A stretch of DNA of 64,000 nucleotides from Flavobacteriales bacterium (GTDB taxonomy: Bacteria > Bacteroidota > Bacteroidia > Flavobacteriales_F > PHOS-HE28), in contig JASGIM010000003.1 of assembly GCA_047601855.1 (NCBI GenBank), positions 725,761-789,760 of the forward strand. The letters are read 5' to 3'. Shown one piece after another: positions 1 through 9,048 of the stretch. Numbering within the stretch: position 1 is the first letter of the stretch; each line of letters begins with the position of its first letter. The notes below the pieces were generated by a model, which did not search any database, had not been told where the DNA came from, and saw only the letters and a program-made list of their open reading frames with translations. The translations under genes and the position numbers were made by a program.

Positions 1-179
1 TTGTTGTTCACCGTGCGCTGCTTCTCGCCGTCCTTGTACACCACCACGCGCGTGCCGTCCAGGCTTCCGCCATCGACCTTCACCCGGCCGTTGATGGTGA
101 ACTTGCCTTGCGCGGAAGCGCAAAAGGCGCCGGCCATCGCCAGCGCCCATGCGGCAGTTCGGAACAATGAACGCGCCAT
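1..179 (-). CDS. Secreted protein, N-terminal fragment (gene runs off window start); carboxypeptidase-regulatory-like beta-sandwich N-terminus
   Basis: Minus-strand reading from the ATG at 179..177 gives MARSLFRTAAWALAMAGAFCASAQGKFTINGRVKVDGGSLDGTRVVVYKDGEK, i.e. a signal peptide followed by a CarboxypepD_reg-like motif. It is not in the supplied ORF track because it is truncated. Confidence 0.45.
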   Translation of the reverse strand, partial: MARSLFRTAAWALAMAGAFCASAQGKFTINGRVKVDGGSLDGTRVVVYKDGEKQRTVNN

Positions 180-370
180 CAGGAAGCGAGCGGCGTGGCG
201 AACAGGCCCTTGGCGGCCATCGCGGCCACGATACCGGCGGCGAGCAGGGCCGCCATCAGCAGCGTGCGGGCGGCAACGGAGTTGAGGTGCTGTTTCATGT
301 GCATGGACGTGTTTAGTGGAACTCTTGTGTGGTCGGTACGTAACCATGCCCGAAAAGGTTCCGATCCCGC

Positions 371-819
371 ATGCGAACGCTCCTCCTTCCCTTCCTCGCC
401 CTGTCCCTTTCCTCTTTGCAGGCGCAGGAGGATGACCTTCAAGCGCTGAACGATCACTTCCAAGGTGCCGTGGTGTTCCACATCGACCGGCAGGACCGGC
501 TGGTGGCGGAACTGAAGCAGAACGGCGAGATCTACCGCCGCGACAAGGCCTACCTGGACCAGTTGGATCCTCCGCGTTCGCCTACAACGCCGAAGAGCAG
601 GTGGTGATGGTGCGCTGCGGCCAGGAGAATGCCAAGTGCATCGACAAGGAACTGCTGAGGACGGGCGCTATCGTCCCCACCGGCCGGATGGGCCTGCCCG
701 TGCCGCCCGGCGATACGGATGGCGCCCAAGCCCTGGCCTTGTTGGGTAAATTGGTACGCGATGAACAGTTGGCGCTGCGCGGCGGCGGCACTGGAACAAA
801 GCGCAGCAAGACCCGTTAG
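371..819 (+). CDS. Secreted hypothetical protein (apparent frameshift near 565-575)
   Basis: ORF 371..607 starts with the signal peptide MRTLLLPFLALSLSSLQAQ. The reading continues in a second frame (AFAYNAEEQVVMVRCGQENAKCIDKELL...) to 819. Confidence 0.4.
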
Positions 820-830
820 AACCTCTTCCC

Positions 831-1361
831 ATGACCTCCGTACTTGCCACCTCGATCGTCCTGGCCTTGTGTTCCTGGAGCGCAACGGCACAGGCCCAGG
901 TCAACGACGGTCCCAGCGTTGATGAACTGTTCCGCCAGGGCGAACAAGCCTACAACGGCGGGGCCTACGCCAAGGCCATCGGCCTGTTCGACCAGGTGCT
1001 GGAGAAGGATCCCGAGCACCTGAACGCCTACCTGCAACGCGGCTTCTGCCACAGCCTGCAGCACGAATACGAGGCCGCCGCGGCCGACTTCACCGCGGTG
1101 ATCCAGCGCAAGCCCGACCACCAGTGGGCCTACACCAGCCGTGGCAGCGCCTACAGTCGCCTGGGCCGGTATGACGAGGCCATCGCCGATTTCGATCGCG
1201 TGCTGGCGCTGGACCCGAAGAACCAGGAGGCCTACAACAACCGGGGTTGGACCCACAAATCGCTCGGCGACATGAAGGCCGCCTGCGACGATTGGAAGAC
1301 CAGCAAGAAGCTGGGCAACGCCGAAGCCAAGATGATCCTCACCAACAACCGCTGCAAATGA
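831..1361 (+). CDS. TPR-repeat protein with signal peptide
   Basis: 176 aa. N-terminal signal MTSVLATSIVLALCSWSATAQAQ. At least three TPR units (AYAKAIGLFDQVLEKDPEHLNAY, QHEYEAAAADFTAVIQRKPDHQWAY, GRYDEAIADFDRVLALDPKNQEAYNNRG). Confidence 0.8.
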   Translation: MTSVLATSIVLALCSWSATAQAQVNDGPSVDELFRQGEQAYNGGAYAKAIGLFDQVLEKDPEHLNAYLQRGFCHSLQHEYEAAAADFTAVIQRKPDHQWAYTSRGSAYSRLGRYDEAIADFDRVLALDPKNQEAYNNRGWTHKSLGDMKAACDDWKTSKKLGNAEAKMILTNNRCK

Positions 1362-1765
1362 TGCGTCCGTTCCTCTCCGCGATCCTCTTCACCGGCCTGG
1401 CGGCCACGGCCCTGGCGCAGGACCGCAACTACAGCGATTGCGTGGTGAAGGCCAACAGCAGTTGGGGCAAGCCGTGCGAGAAGTGTGAGGCCTATACCGA
1501 AGGTTACAAGCGCGATTTCCGTGGCGTCTATCAAGTGGAGCTGCAGAACACCTGCAGCGAGGCCGTGGAGGTGAAGGTGGCGATGCAGGAGGCCCCGGGC
1601 ACCTGGCGCACCTTCCCCGCCAAAATGCTCGGCGCCGGCCAGTCCATGACGGCCTTCGCCTGCAACGGCACCGGCAAGTACCTCTACTGGGTGCGCCGCT
1701 TGAACGATACCGAGATCGCCCTGCCGAGCGACGCGGAGATCCTGACGGAATACCGCGGACGCTGA
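1358..1765 (+). CDS. Hypothetical secreted cysteine-containing protein
   Basis: ATG at 1358 overlaps the TPR gene stop (ATGA coupling). MMRPFLSAILFTGLAATALAQ is a signal peptide. No recognisable domain. Confidence 0.55.
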   Translation: MMRPFLSAILFTGLAATALAQDRNYSDCVVKANSSWGKPCEKCEAYTEGYKRDFRGVYQVELQNTCSEAVEVKVAMQEAPGTWRTFPAKMLGAGQSMTAFACNGTGKYLYWVRRLNDTEIALPSDAEILTEYRGR

Positions 1766-1891
1766 TCCCGCAGCTGCACGGAACGTAGAGAGCGGTGCGT
1801 TTGCACCGGTGCTTGTTCATATCGGAGCATTCCCCGTCGTGAGGCGGCATTCAGGTACCGATAGCTTGGCGGCAGCGCTTTTCTGCTGCCC

Positions 1892-2281
1892 ATGGCCAAA
1901 CGCCTGCATATCGACCGCACGGAGACCTCCCCCGCGATCGAGCTCGATCTCGAACACGGCATGATCGAGTTCGTGGGCCGATCCCTGCCTGCCAACAGCG
2001 AGCTTTTCTACAGCCGCGTGTACCGCTGGCTGGAGGAGTACGTGAAACAGCCCCGGCCGGAGACCACCGTGAACATGAAGCTGGACTACCTCGATACCAG
2101 CAGCAGCAAGCACTTCTTCAACATCTTCGACAAGCTGAACGCGGTGAGCGAACGCGGCCAACGCGTGCAAGTGAACTGGCACTACGAGACCGGTGACGAG
2201 GAGATGGCAGAGACCGGCAAGGATTACCAGAGCTTCTTCAAGCTCGACTTCTCCTTCATCGAGGTGAAGGAACTGTTCTGA
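1892..2281 (+). CDS. DUF1987 / SiaC-like protein
   Basis: 129 aa. It aligns by eye to the SiaC family (TSPAI..D...G....G.S.P.NS..F...V..WLE, L.LDYL.TSS.K.....D.L, WHYE). Confidence 0.75.
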   Translation: MAKRLHIDRTETSPAIELDLEHGMIEFVGRSLPANSELFYSRVYRWLEEYVKQPRPETTVNMKLDYLDTSSSKHFFNIFDKLNAVSERGQRVQVNWHYETGDEEMAETGKDYQSFFKLDFSFIEVKELF

Positions 2282-2331
2282 GCCTCCATCGCAAACGCCT
2301 GTGGGCCGTTCCGGATTGCTCCTGACTGCGC

Positions 2332-3669
2332 TCAGAGCCGTTCGTTCGCCAGATTGGCAAGTGCGCTGCGCTCGCCCTTCTCCAAGGTGATGTGTGCGAA
2401 GAGTGGATCCCCCTTCGCTTTGTCGATGAGGTAGCTGAGACCGTTGCTCTCGCTGTCCAAGTAGGGCGTATCGATCTGGTGTACATCGCCGGTGAAGACG
2501 ATCTTGGTGCCTTCACCCGCGCGGCTGATCACGGTCTTGATCTCCAGCGGCGTCAGGTTCTGCGCCTCGTCCACGATGAAGAAGATGTTGCTGAGGCTGC
2601 GCCCGCGGATGTAGGCCAGCGGCGCGATCTGGATCTTCTCGTTCTCCAGCATCTCGTCGATGCGCTTGGGCGTGCTGTCGTGCTTCTCGAAGTTGCCCTT
2701 GATCAGCTTCAGGTTGTCCCACAGCGGCTGCATGTAGGAATCGAGCTTGCTCTGGATGTCGCCGGGCAGGTAGCCGATGTCCTTGTTGCTCAAGGGTACC
2801 ACCGGCCGGGTAACGTAGATCTGCCGGTAGTCGCGGCGCTGCTCCAGTGCGCAGGCCAGGGCCAGCAGCGTCTTGCCCGTGCCCGCCGCACCCTGCAACG
2901 TCACCAGCTTGATCTCGGGGTCCAGCAACGCCGCCATGGCCAGCGCCTGTTCAGCGTTCTTCGGGCTGATACCGAACACGTTCTGCTTCTCCACGCGCGA
3001 CACGGCCCCCGTGCGCGGATTCGTACTTGCTCAGGATGCTCTTCTTTTTGTGCTTGAGGATGAAGAAGTGGTTGCCGCTCGGCTTCTCCAGGCCCACCTC
3101 CTCCACGGGCAGGCTGCCCTGCTCGAAGAGCGTGTTGATCAATGTCTCGTCCACGTCCTCCATCACCGTGCGGCCGGTGTAGAGCTTTTCCCGAACGTCG
3201 CGCACCTTGCCGGTGAGGTAGTCCTCCGCGATGATGTCGAGGCTCTTCGCCTTCAGGCGCAGCGCGATGTCCTTGCTCACCAGCACCACCTTGCGGTCCT
3301 TGTGCTGGCGCTGCAACGTGAGCGCCGCGTTGATCGATCTGGTGGTCGTTCTTGCCGTCCTGGAACACCTTGGTGGCGTCCACGCCGTTGAGGTCGTGCT
3401 TGGCCACCACCTTGAACCGGCCCTTGGTGGGGCCGTTCAGCGGTGCCCAGTCCGTGAGCAGGTCCTTTTGTCCGATGCTGTCGAGGTGGCGGATGAACTC
3501 CCTTGCTTCGAAATTGATCGTGTCGTTGCCTTTTTTGAACGTGTCGAGTTCTTCGAGTACTTGTATCGGGATGGCCACGTCGTGCTCCTGGAAGCTTTCG
3601 ATGGCCGAGTGGTCGTACAGGATGACTGAAGTATCCAGCACGAAGATCTTCCGGTCTTTCTTCTTCATT
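2332..3669 (-). CDS. PIN-domain PhoH-like ATPase (YlaK family), disrupted by two frameshifts
   Basis: The N-terminal PIN segment ([23 protein letters not shown]...) is in the frame of ORF 2901..3866. The middle is in ORF 2951..3316. The C-terminal PhoH P-loop part (GAAGTGKT... [14 protein letters not shown]) is in ORF 2332..3003. Frame changes occur near 3290-3316 and near 3003-3030, the latter at a CCCCC run. Confidence 0.8.
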
Positions 3670-3875
3670 CGATCAAGGAACGGTTGTTCCAAAAGTGGCG
3701 GTACCGCGGCCGGATACGCGATCGGCCGGACCGCACTTATCCACGATCGATCGTGCCCTGCCGGGCCAGATCCCGCTATGACATTGATGGCGGCCACCGG
3801 CCTCGTGGCATACGGTGAACACGAGCCCGACATCAGCGGCCTGGTTCCTGAAGGAGCCGTCCCCACCTATGGCGG

Positions 3876-4208
3876 ATGAAGCCGGGCGACGTGGTGCGCT
3901 GGACCTTCATACAGGGTGACGGTCAACGCAAGTTCAGACCGGCGATCGTCCTGGGCACGGTCCCACCTTACAACGACCGGCTCGTTTGTGCCGTGAGTTC
4001 GTAGGTGCAGCGCGAAGTGCCCGGCCTGGACCTGCTCATCGATGAACGGCATCCTGACTTCCAGCGCGTGGGCCTATGCATCCCCAGCATCGTGCGGGTC
4101 GCCCAGCTGACGACCTTGCCCGACAAGGTCATCTAAGGTACCATCGGCTCCATCGGCCCTGCCACGTTGGACCTGCTGAAAGCACGGTTGCGCAACTGGC
4201 TTTCCTAG
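3876..4208 (+). pseudogene. MazF/PemK-family type II toxin, split over three frames
   Basis: Three consecutive frames together read as about 111 aa with MazF/PemK-like organisation: MKPGDVVRWTFIQGDGQRKFRPAIVLGTVPPYNDRLVCAVSS, then VQREVPGLDLLIDERHPDFQRVGLCIPSIVRVAQLTTLPDKVI, then GTIGSIGPATLDLLKARLRNWLS. Confidence 0.5.
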
Positions 4209-4687
4209 GAAGCCCTCACGGCACGAACACCACGCGGCGGCCGCTGTCCATGGGGCGGTCCCACACGGCCTGCACGTCGCGCAGCGGCACCACCTCCGCA
4301 TCGACGGTGAGGATGCCTTGCGCCGCCAGCGCGAAGAGCTTCGGGAAGGTCTCGGCCAAGTGGGCGGGTGACATGCTGCCGCCGCCGCTGCCCATCAGAT
4401 CGATCGCAGAGCTGCGCAACGTACCGCCCCGCAGCTGGATCGTGGGGGCCGGCCATCTCGCCGATCTGCACGATGCGCGTGCGGTGCGGCGTGCAGGCCG
4501 TGGCCCGTGAGCGCGTGCAGCAGGGCCTCCATCGGCGGTCCCCACAGGTAGTCCAGCACCACATGGAGCAAATATCCGCAGATGTCACAGATGACGCAGA
4601 TGGATGCCAATGCCCTGCTTGCCACGTATTCATCTGTGTCATCGGCGCCATCTGCGGAAAAGGACCCTGCGGGCTACTTTCGCCACC

Positions 4688-6328
4688 ATGGCCGAGAAGA
4701 TCGACATCGAAGCGAGCAAGAACGAGGACCACAACAAGCTGGCCGTCTCCCAGCTGCACAAGCGCCTGCAAGCCGTATACAAGGGCGGCGGCGAGAAGCG
4801 CATCGCGGCCCACAAGGAGAAGGGCAAGATGACCGCCCGCGAGCGCATCGACGCGCTGCTGGACCCGAAGAGCCCGCGCATCGAGATCGGCGCGTTCGCC
4901 GCCGATGGCATGTACACCGAGCACGGCGGCTGCCCCAGCGCGGGTGTGGTCGTCGTGATCGGCTACGTGAGCAAACGCCAGTGCATCGTGGTGGCCAACG
5001 ATGCCACGGTGAAGGCCGGCGCGTGGTTCCCCATGACGGGCAAGAAGAACCTGCGCGCACAGGAGATCGCCATCGAGAACCGCCTGCCCATCATCTACCT
5101 CGTGGACAGCGCCGGCGTGTACCTGCCCATGCAGGACGAGATCTTCCCCGACAAGGAGCACTTCGGCCGCATCTTCCGCAACAACGCGGTGATGAGCTCC
5201 ATGGGCATCACGCAGATCGCCGCCGTCATGGGCAGCTGCGTGGCGGGTGGCGCCTACCTGCCGATCATGAGCGACGAGGCGCTGATCGTGGAGAGGACGG
5301 GCAGCATCTTCCTCGCGGGCAGCTATCTGGTAAAAGCCGCCATCGGCGAGGACATCGACAACGAGACCCTCGGCGGTGCCACCACGCACAGCCAGATCAG
5401 CGGCGTCACCGACTACCAGTGCAAGGACGATGCGGACTGCCTGAAAAGATCCGCGCGATCATGGACAAGCTGGGCAAACCAAAGGACGCCGGTTTCAGCC
5501 GCGAGAAGCCCGCCAAGCCCAAGGCCGACCCGGCGGCCATCTACGGCCTGCTCCCCACCGACCGCGCCAAGCCCTACGATATGCGCGAGATCATCGCCCG
5601 CTTGGTGGACGACAGCGACTACACCGAGTACAAGGAGGGCTACGGCCAGAGCATCATCACGGCCTACGCCCGCATCGATGGCTGGGCCGTGGGCATCGTG
5701 GCGAACCAGCGCAAGGTGGTGAAGAGCAAAAAGGGCGAGATGCAGTTCGGCGGGGTGATCTACAGCGACAGCGCCGACAAGGCCACGCGCTTCATCGCCA
5801 ACTGCAACCAGAAGAACATCCCGCTGGTGTTCCTGCAGGATGTGACCGGCTTCATGGTGGGCAGCCGCAGCGAGCACGGCGGCATCATCAAGGACGGCGC
5901 GAAGCTGGTGAACGCCGTGAGCAACAGCGTAGTGCCCAAGTTCACCGTGATCGTGGGCAACAGCTACGGCGCGGGCAACTATGCCATGTGCGGCAAGGCC
6001 TATGACCCACGGCTTATTGTCGGCTGGCCCAGCGCACAGGTGGCCGTGATGGGCGGCGACCAGGCTGCCAAGGTGCTGCTGCAGATCGAGGTGGCGGCGC
6101 TGAAGGGGCGCGGCGAGGAGATCACGAAGGAGCGCGAGGAGGAGGATCCTCGGCAAGATCCGCGCGAAGTACGAGGAGAGCATGAGCCCATACTACGCGG
6201 CGGCACGGCTGTGGCTGGACGCGATCATCGATCCGATGGAGACGAGGACGTGGATCAGTATGGGGATAGAGGCGGCGCAGCAGAGCCCGGCGACGAAGGA
6301 GTTCAATATGGGGGTGTTGCAGACGTAG
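4688..6328 (+). CDS. pccB: Propionyl-CoA/methylmalonyl-CoA carboxylase carboxyltransferase (beta) subunit, two frameshifts
   Basis: Acyl-CoA carboxyltransferase sequence from MAEKIDIEASKN... through ...VVANDATVKAGAW...AVMGSCVAGGAYLP. The frame switches near 5440 and again near 6140 (GAGGAGGAGGA run). The true C-terminus ...GIEAAQQSPATKEFNMGVLQT ends at TAG 6326-6328. Confidence 0.85.
6260..6328. repeat. Left copy of an imperfect ~68-bp direct repeat (native 3' end of pccB)
   Basis: atggggatagaggcggcgcagcagagcccggcgacgaaggagttcaatatgggggtgttgcagacgtag is repeated at 7059-7125 as atggggggtcgaggcggcgagccaagaaccgacggagggagttcaatatggggtgttgcagacgtaag. Confidence 0.75.
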
Positions 6329-6354
6329 TAATTGCTGAATACAACTCCATACCG

Positions 6355-7050
6355 ATGAAAGTCCTTGACGCGCTGAAGCGCATTGATAGCCTTCTAGTCG
6401 GGCTCTTCGTGGTGTTTCTCTTTGGCTCAATCGGCTTACTCATTGCCAAGCAGTTTCCCGCGGAAAAGCACTGGCATTCAGATTTGGCCGATTACGCCAT
6501 GAATCTTGCATTGGCCTATGTAGGTACGTTCTTCTTCTTTCTACTCTCAGACATGCGAGCTGAAGCCAAGTTGGCGCAGACAATTCATCAGCAAGTGGAG
6601 TTGTTCAACGAGAGGCTGGTAACCGTCTCGAACATGGTCGTGAATTCCCTTGAGCAAGATAATCGTAGGCAAACTGACACCAACACGCTCACGCACACAT
6701 CACCGGAAATCGACGCTCTTACACGCGAAGCCCGTAATCGTGTGTCGAACGAAACGGGACGAACCTATGATGCCATCCTCAACCGAGACCTTGGCCGGGC
6801 ATACAACCAACTAGCACCATACATCGCTCAAATAGGCATTGTTGATCCAGCCCTATTCAGAGCTATAACCCGCGCTGCGAACGAACCGGTTCAACTGGTA
6901 CTGCCGGATAACATTGTGGAAAATGACCCGAACAACGCACTACCAGCAGACCGTATCGGTATCAAACTCGACCATGTCCTGACTTACTTCAAGAACTTTG
7001 CACCGCATGTGCTGCACCGCGGCGACCCGGGCTATGCACCACGCAAGTAA
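6355..7050 (+). CDS. Hypothetical 2-TM membrane protein, AT-richer than flanks
   Basis: 231 aa starting MKVLDALKRIDSLLVGLFVVFLFGSIGLLIAKQF. Two N-terminal hydrophobic helices, then a roughly 150-aa soluble tail. No recognisable domain. It lies exactly between the two repeat copies. Confidence 0.6.
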   Translation: MKVLDALKRIDSLLVGLFVVFLFGSIGLLIAKQFPAEKHWHSDLADYAMNLALAYVGTFFFFLLSDMRAEAKLAQTIHQQVELFNERLVTVSNMVVNSLEQDNRRQTDTNTLTHTSPEIDALTREARNRVSNETGRTYDAILNRDLGRAYNQLAPYIAQIGIVDPALFRAITRAANEPVQLVLPDNIVENDPNNALPADRIGIKLDHVLTYFKNFAPHVLHRGDPGYAPRK

Positions 7051-7058
7051 TCGTCATC

Positions 7059-7125
7059 ATGGGGGGTCGAGGCGGCGAGCCAAGAACCGACGGAGGGAGT
7101 TCAATATGGGGTGTTGCAGACGTAA
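7059..7125. repeat. Right, degenerate copy of the pccB 3'-end direct repeat
   Basis: See the 6260-6328 entry. Indels leave this copy out of frame (ORF 7059..7262 reads MGGRGGEPRTDGGSSIWGVADVRG). Confidence 0.7.
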
Positions 7126-7280
7126 GAGGTTTGGGCGTGCCCCCGCCTCAAATGCAGGCAGGGTCCGGCTTTCCGCTCCAAGTCCGCACTCGTCGTTCCT
7201 CCTCACTTGCGGGCTTTCCGCTGCAATCCGTCATGCGGAATATGGGGCATACCTTCAAGTAAGACATACACCTCACATAC

Positions 7281-9029
7281 ATGGCCACCAAGAGCATCAT
7301 TGATAAATCGACTGAACTCAAGGAATATGTTGCGCAGTTCGACATAGACTCATTCTGTGGTTTTTGTGCATTCTTCATCCGGAGTCGTACCAAAGGTGAG
7401 CTATCGGGCAACATGACGATGTTCAAGTCGATGCAGAAGGAACTTACATATCTCATGGCTCTGAACTACTTCAATCAGAAAAGTATGTCAAAGTATTTCC
7501 TGACAACGGATGAGACAATAGCCGAGCTTGCTCGGAAAGTCAATGACATCAAAGAGAGCTACATAAGGGATAGCTTCTCGGAGCTACGCATGAACGTGGA
7601 TAGGCCTTATCAGCGGCGTGCCTTGATACACGAACAGATGTTTCGATTCTTCTATGACAACGGCATCCTAAATTATATGGAACAAGAGGTCAACCGTATT
7701 GAGATGACCTATGGCCCGCATGACGAAGTGATCCGCATTGCAACGGGCTTGACCGTTCAGGATTATCTGGATTGTTTCGTTGCTCTCGAGAACATACAAC
7801 GTGCAAAGGAGATCGAGGCGACAAGGATATTTCGAGATCCGATAATCCAAGAAACAGTCATCCTATTGAGGGAAGTTGTAACCGATGATAATAGAGATGA
7901 ATTCATGCGTACGGTCGAGAATCTTCCCGATAACCTAAGGTCTGAATTTATGAGGTTCAACGAGTGTCCGCATAGTCATCTCAAGGTAGGAGTTGATGAC
8001 CTATCAGTATTTGTGGATAAAGTGGTTGCCGTCAAATTCCTTGACTGTATGTCGGTTAGCCCATCAGCATATGCCGGATTCAGCTACTACGATGAGTTCA
8101 ATCCATTGGAGGCTCATCCTTTATTGCGAATAGGAAACGATTACATGCATACCAATGGCAAACAGCTCCTTGTGGCCATCAATGACTTCCTGTTCACTAT
8201 TCTGAAGACTCAAAAGACCACTTCACGCGCTTGCCGGGCAGTTGAGACGCAGTTGGAGCAACAGACCAGAAACGTTGTAGAGCGATTCTTCAGCAAGGGA
8301 GACTTGAATGTCTATCAGAACTACTACGTCGCCGGTGGACTGGAGCAAGATCTCCTGATAGAGATAGGCCCTAAGGTGATTATTTGTGAATGCAAGTCGA
8401 CCCGTTTGAGAAGCCCGCTCCGGGATATAGACAAGTTCTATACCAGAGCGAGAGATGATTTCCGGCGATCCATTCAGAAGGGCTACGATCAAGCGGATCG
8501 GGTGGCAGACTTGATCACTAAGCAAAAGGAAACCATACTCTACGATCACAAAGGCAAGGAACGTGGCCGGGTCAGGCAGAGGTCACCTAAGGACGTATGT
8601 GTCTGGGTGGTTACAGACAAATCGCTTGGACCGGCTCAAGTCGATCTGTCTTACATGCTTGATTCCAGCAAAGCGCTTATGGACTACCCATGGTCACTTT
8701 GTATTGACGATCTTGAAACCTTCCTACTCTATCTGTCGAAATTTCCCAATCCATTTTCAAGACTATTCGATTATCTGCGCTTTCGACCACGTCTATATGG
8801 TCGGGTCATTTCTCCTGATGAGCTGGATATTGTGGGTTGGTATATAACGAACAGACCAAAGTTCCTAGCAGCCTGTATGAATGATTCAGACTGGGTTCTT
8901 GTTGATTTGAAGTTGCAAGGGATTTTCGACAAGGAGTATCATAGTGAGAAAGGGCTGGGATTTGATGAGCGCTTACGTGACCGACTTTGGAATGAAGATG
9001 ATTGGGAGCGCGAGGACAAGCTGGATTGA
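7281..9029 (+). CDS. Uncharacterised 582-aa protein with a PD-(D/E)xK-like nuclease motif
   Basis: Markedly AT-rich coding sequence. The motif GGLEQDLLIEIGPKVIICECKSTRL fits a D...E-x-K nuclease core. No Walker A/P-loop seen. The N-terminal ~350 aa show no recognisable family. Confidence 0.6.
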   Translation: MATKSIIDKSTELKEYVAQFDIDSFCGFCAFFIRSRTKGELSGNMTMFKSMQKELTYLMALNYFNQKSMSKYFLTTDETIAELARKVNDIKESYIRDSFSELRMNVDRPYQRRALIHEQMFRFFYDNGILNYMEQEVNRIEMTYGPHDEVIRIATGLTVQDYLDCFVALENIQRAKEIEATRIFRDPIIQETVILLREVVTDDNRDEFMRTVENLPDNLRSEFMRFNECPHSHLKVGVDDLSVFVDKVVAVKFLDCMSVSPSAYAGFSYYDEFNPLEAHPLLRIGNDYMHTNGKQLLVAINDFLFTILKTQKTTSRACRAVETQLEQQTRNVVERFFSKGDLNVYQNYYVAGGLEQDLLIEIGPKVIICECKSTRLRSPLRDIDKFYTRARDDFRRSIQKGYDQADRVADLITKQKETILYDHKGKERGRVRQRSPKDVCVWVVTDKSLGPAQVDLSYMLDSSKALMDYPWSLCIDDLETFLLYLSKFPNPFSRLFDYLRFRPRLYGRVISPDELDIVGWYITNRPKFLAACMNDSDWVLVDLKLQGIFDKEYHSEKGLGFDERLRDRLWNEDDWEREDKLD

Positions 9030-9048
9030 TCCAAGAAGTGTCATGATT

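Noticed and set aside
3778-3879. 33-codon ORF upstream of the mazF-like gene as a confident antitoxin gene
   Set aside because: It is short for MazE/PemI-type antitoxins and has no recognisable fold motif. I kept it only as a remark in the toxin finding.
4205-5389. 394-aa ORF on the minus strand opposite pccB
   Set aside because: It lies entirely antisense to a strongly supported carboxyltransferase gene and has a low-complexity Ala/Arg/Gly/His-rich translation typical of shadow ORFs in high-GC DNA.
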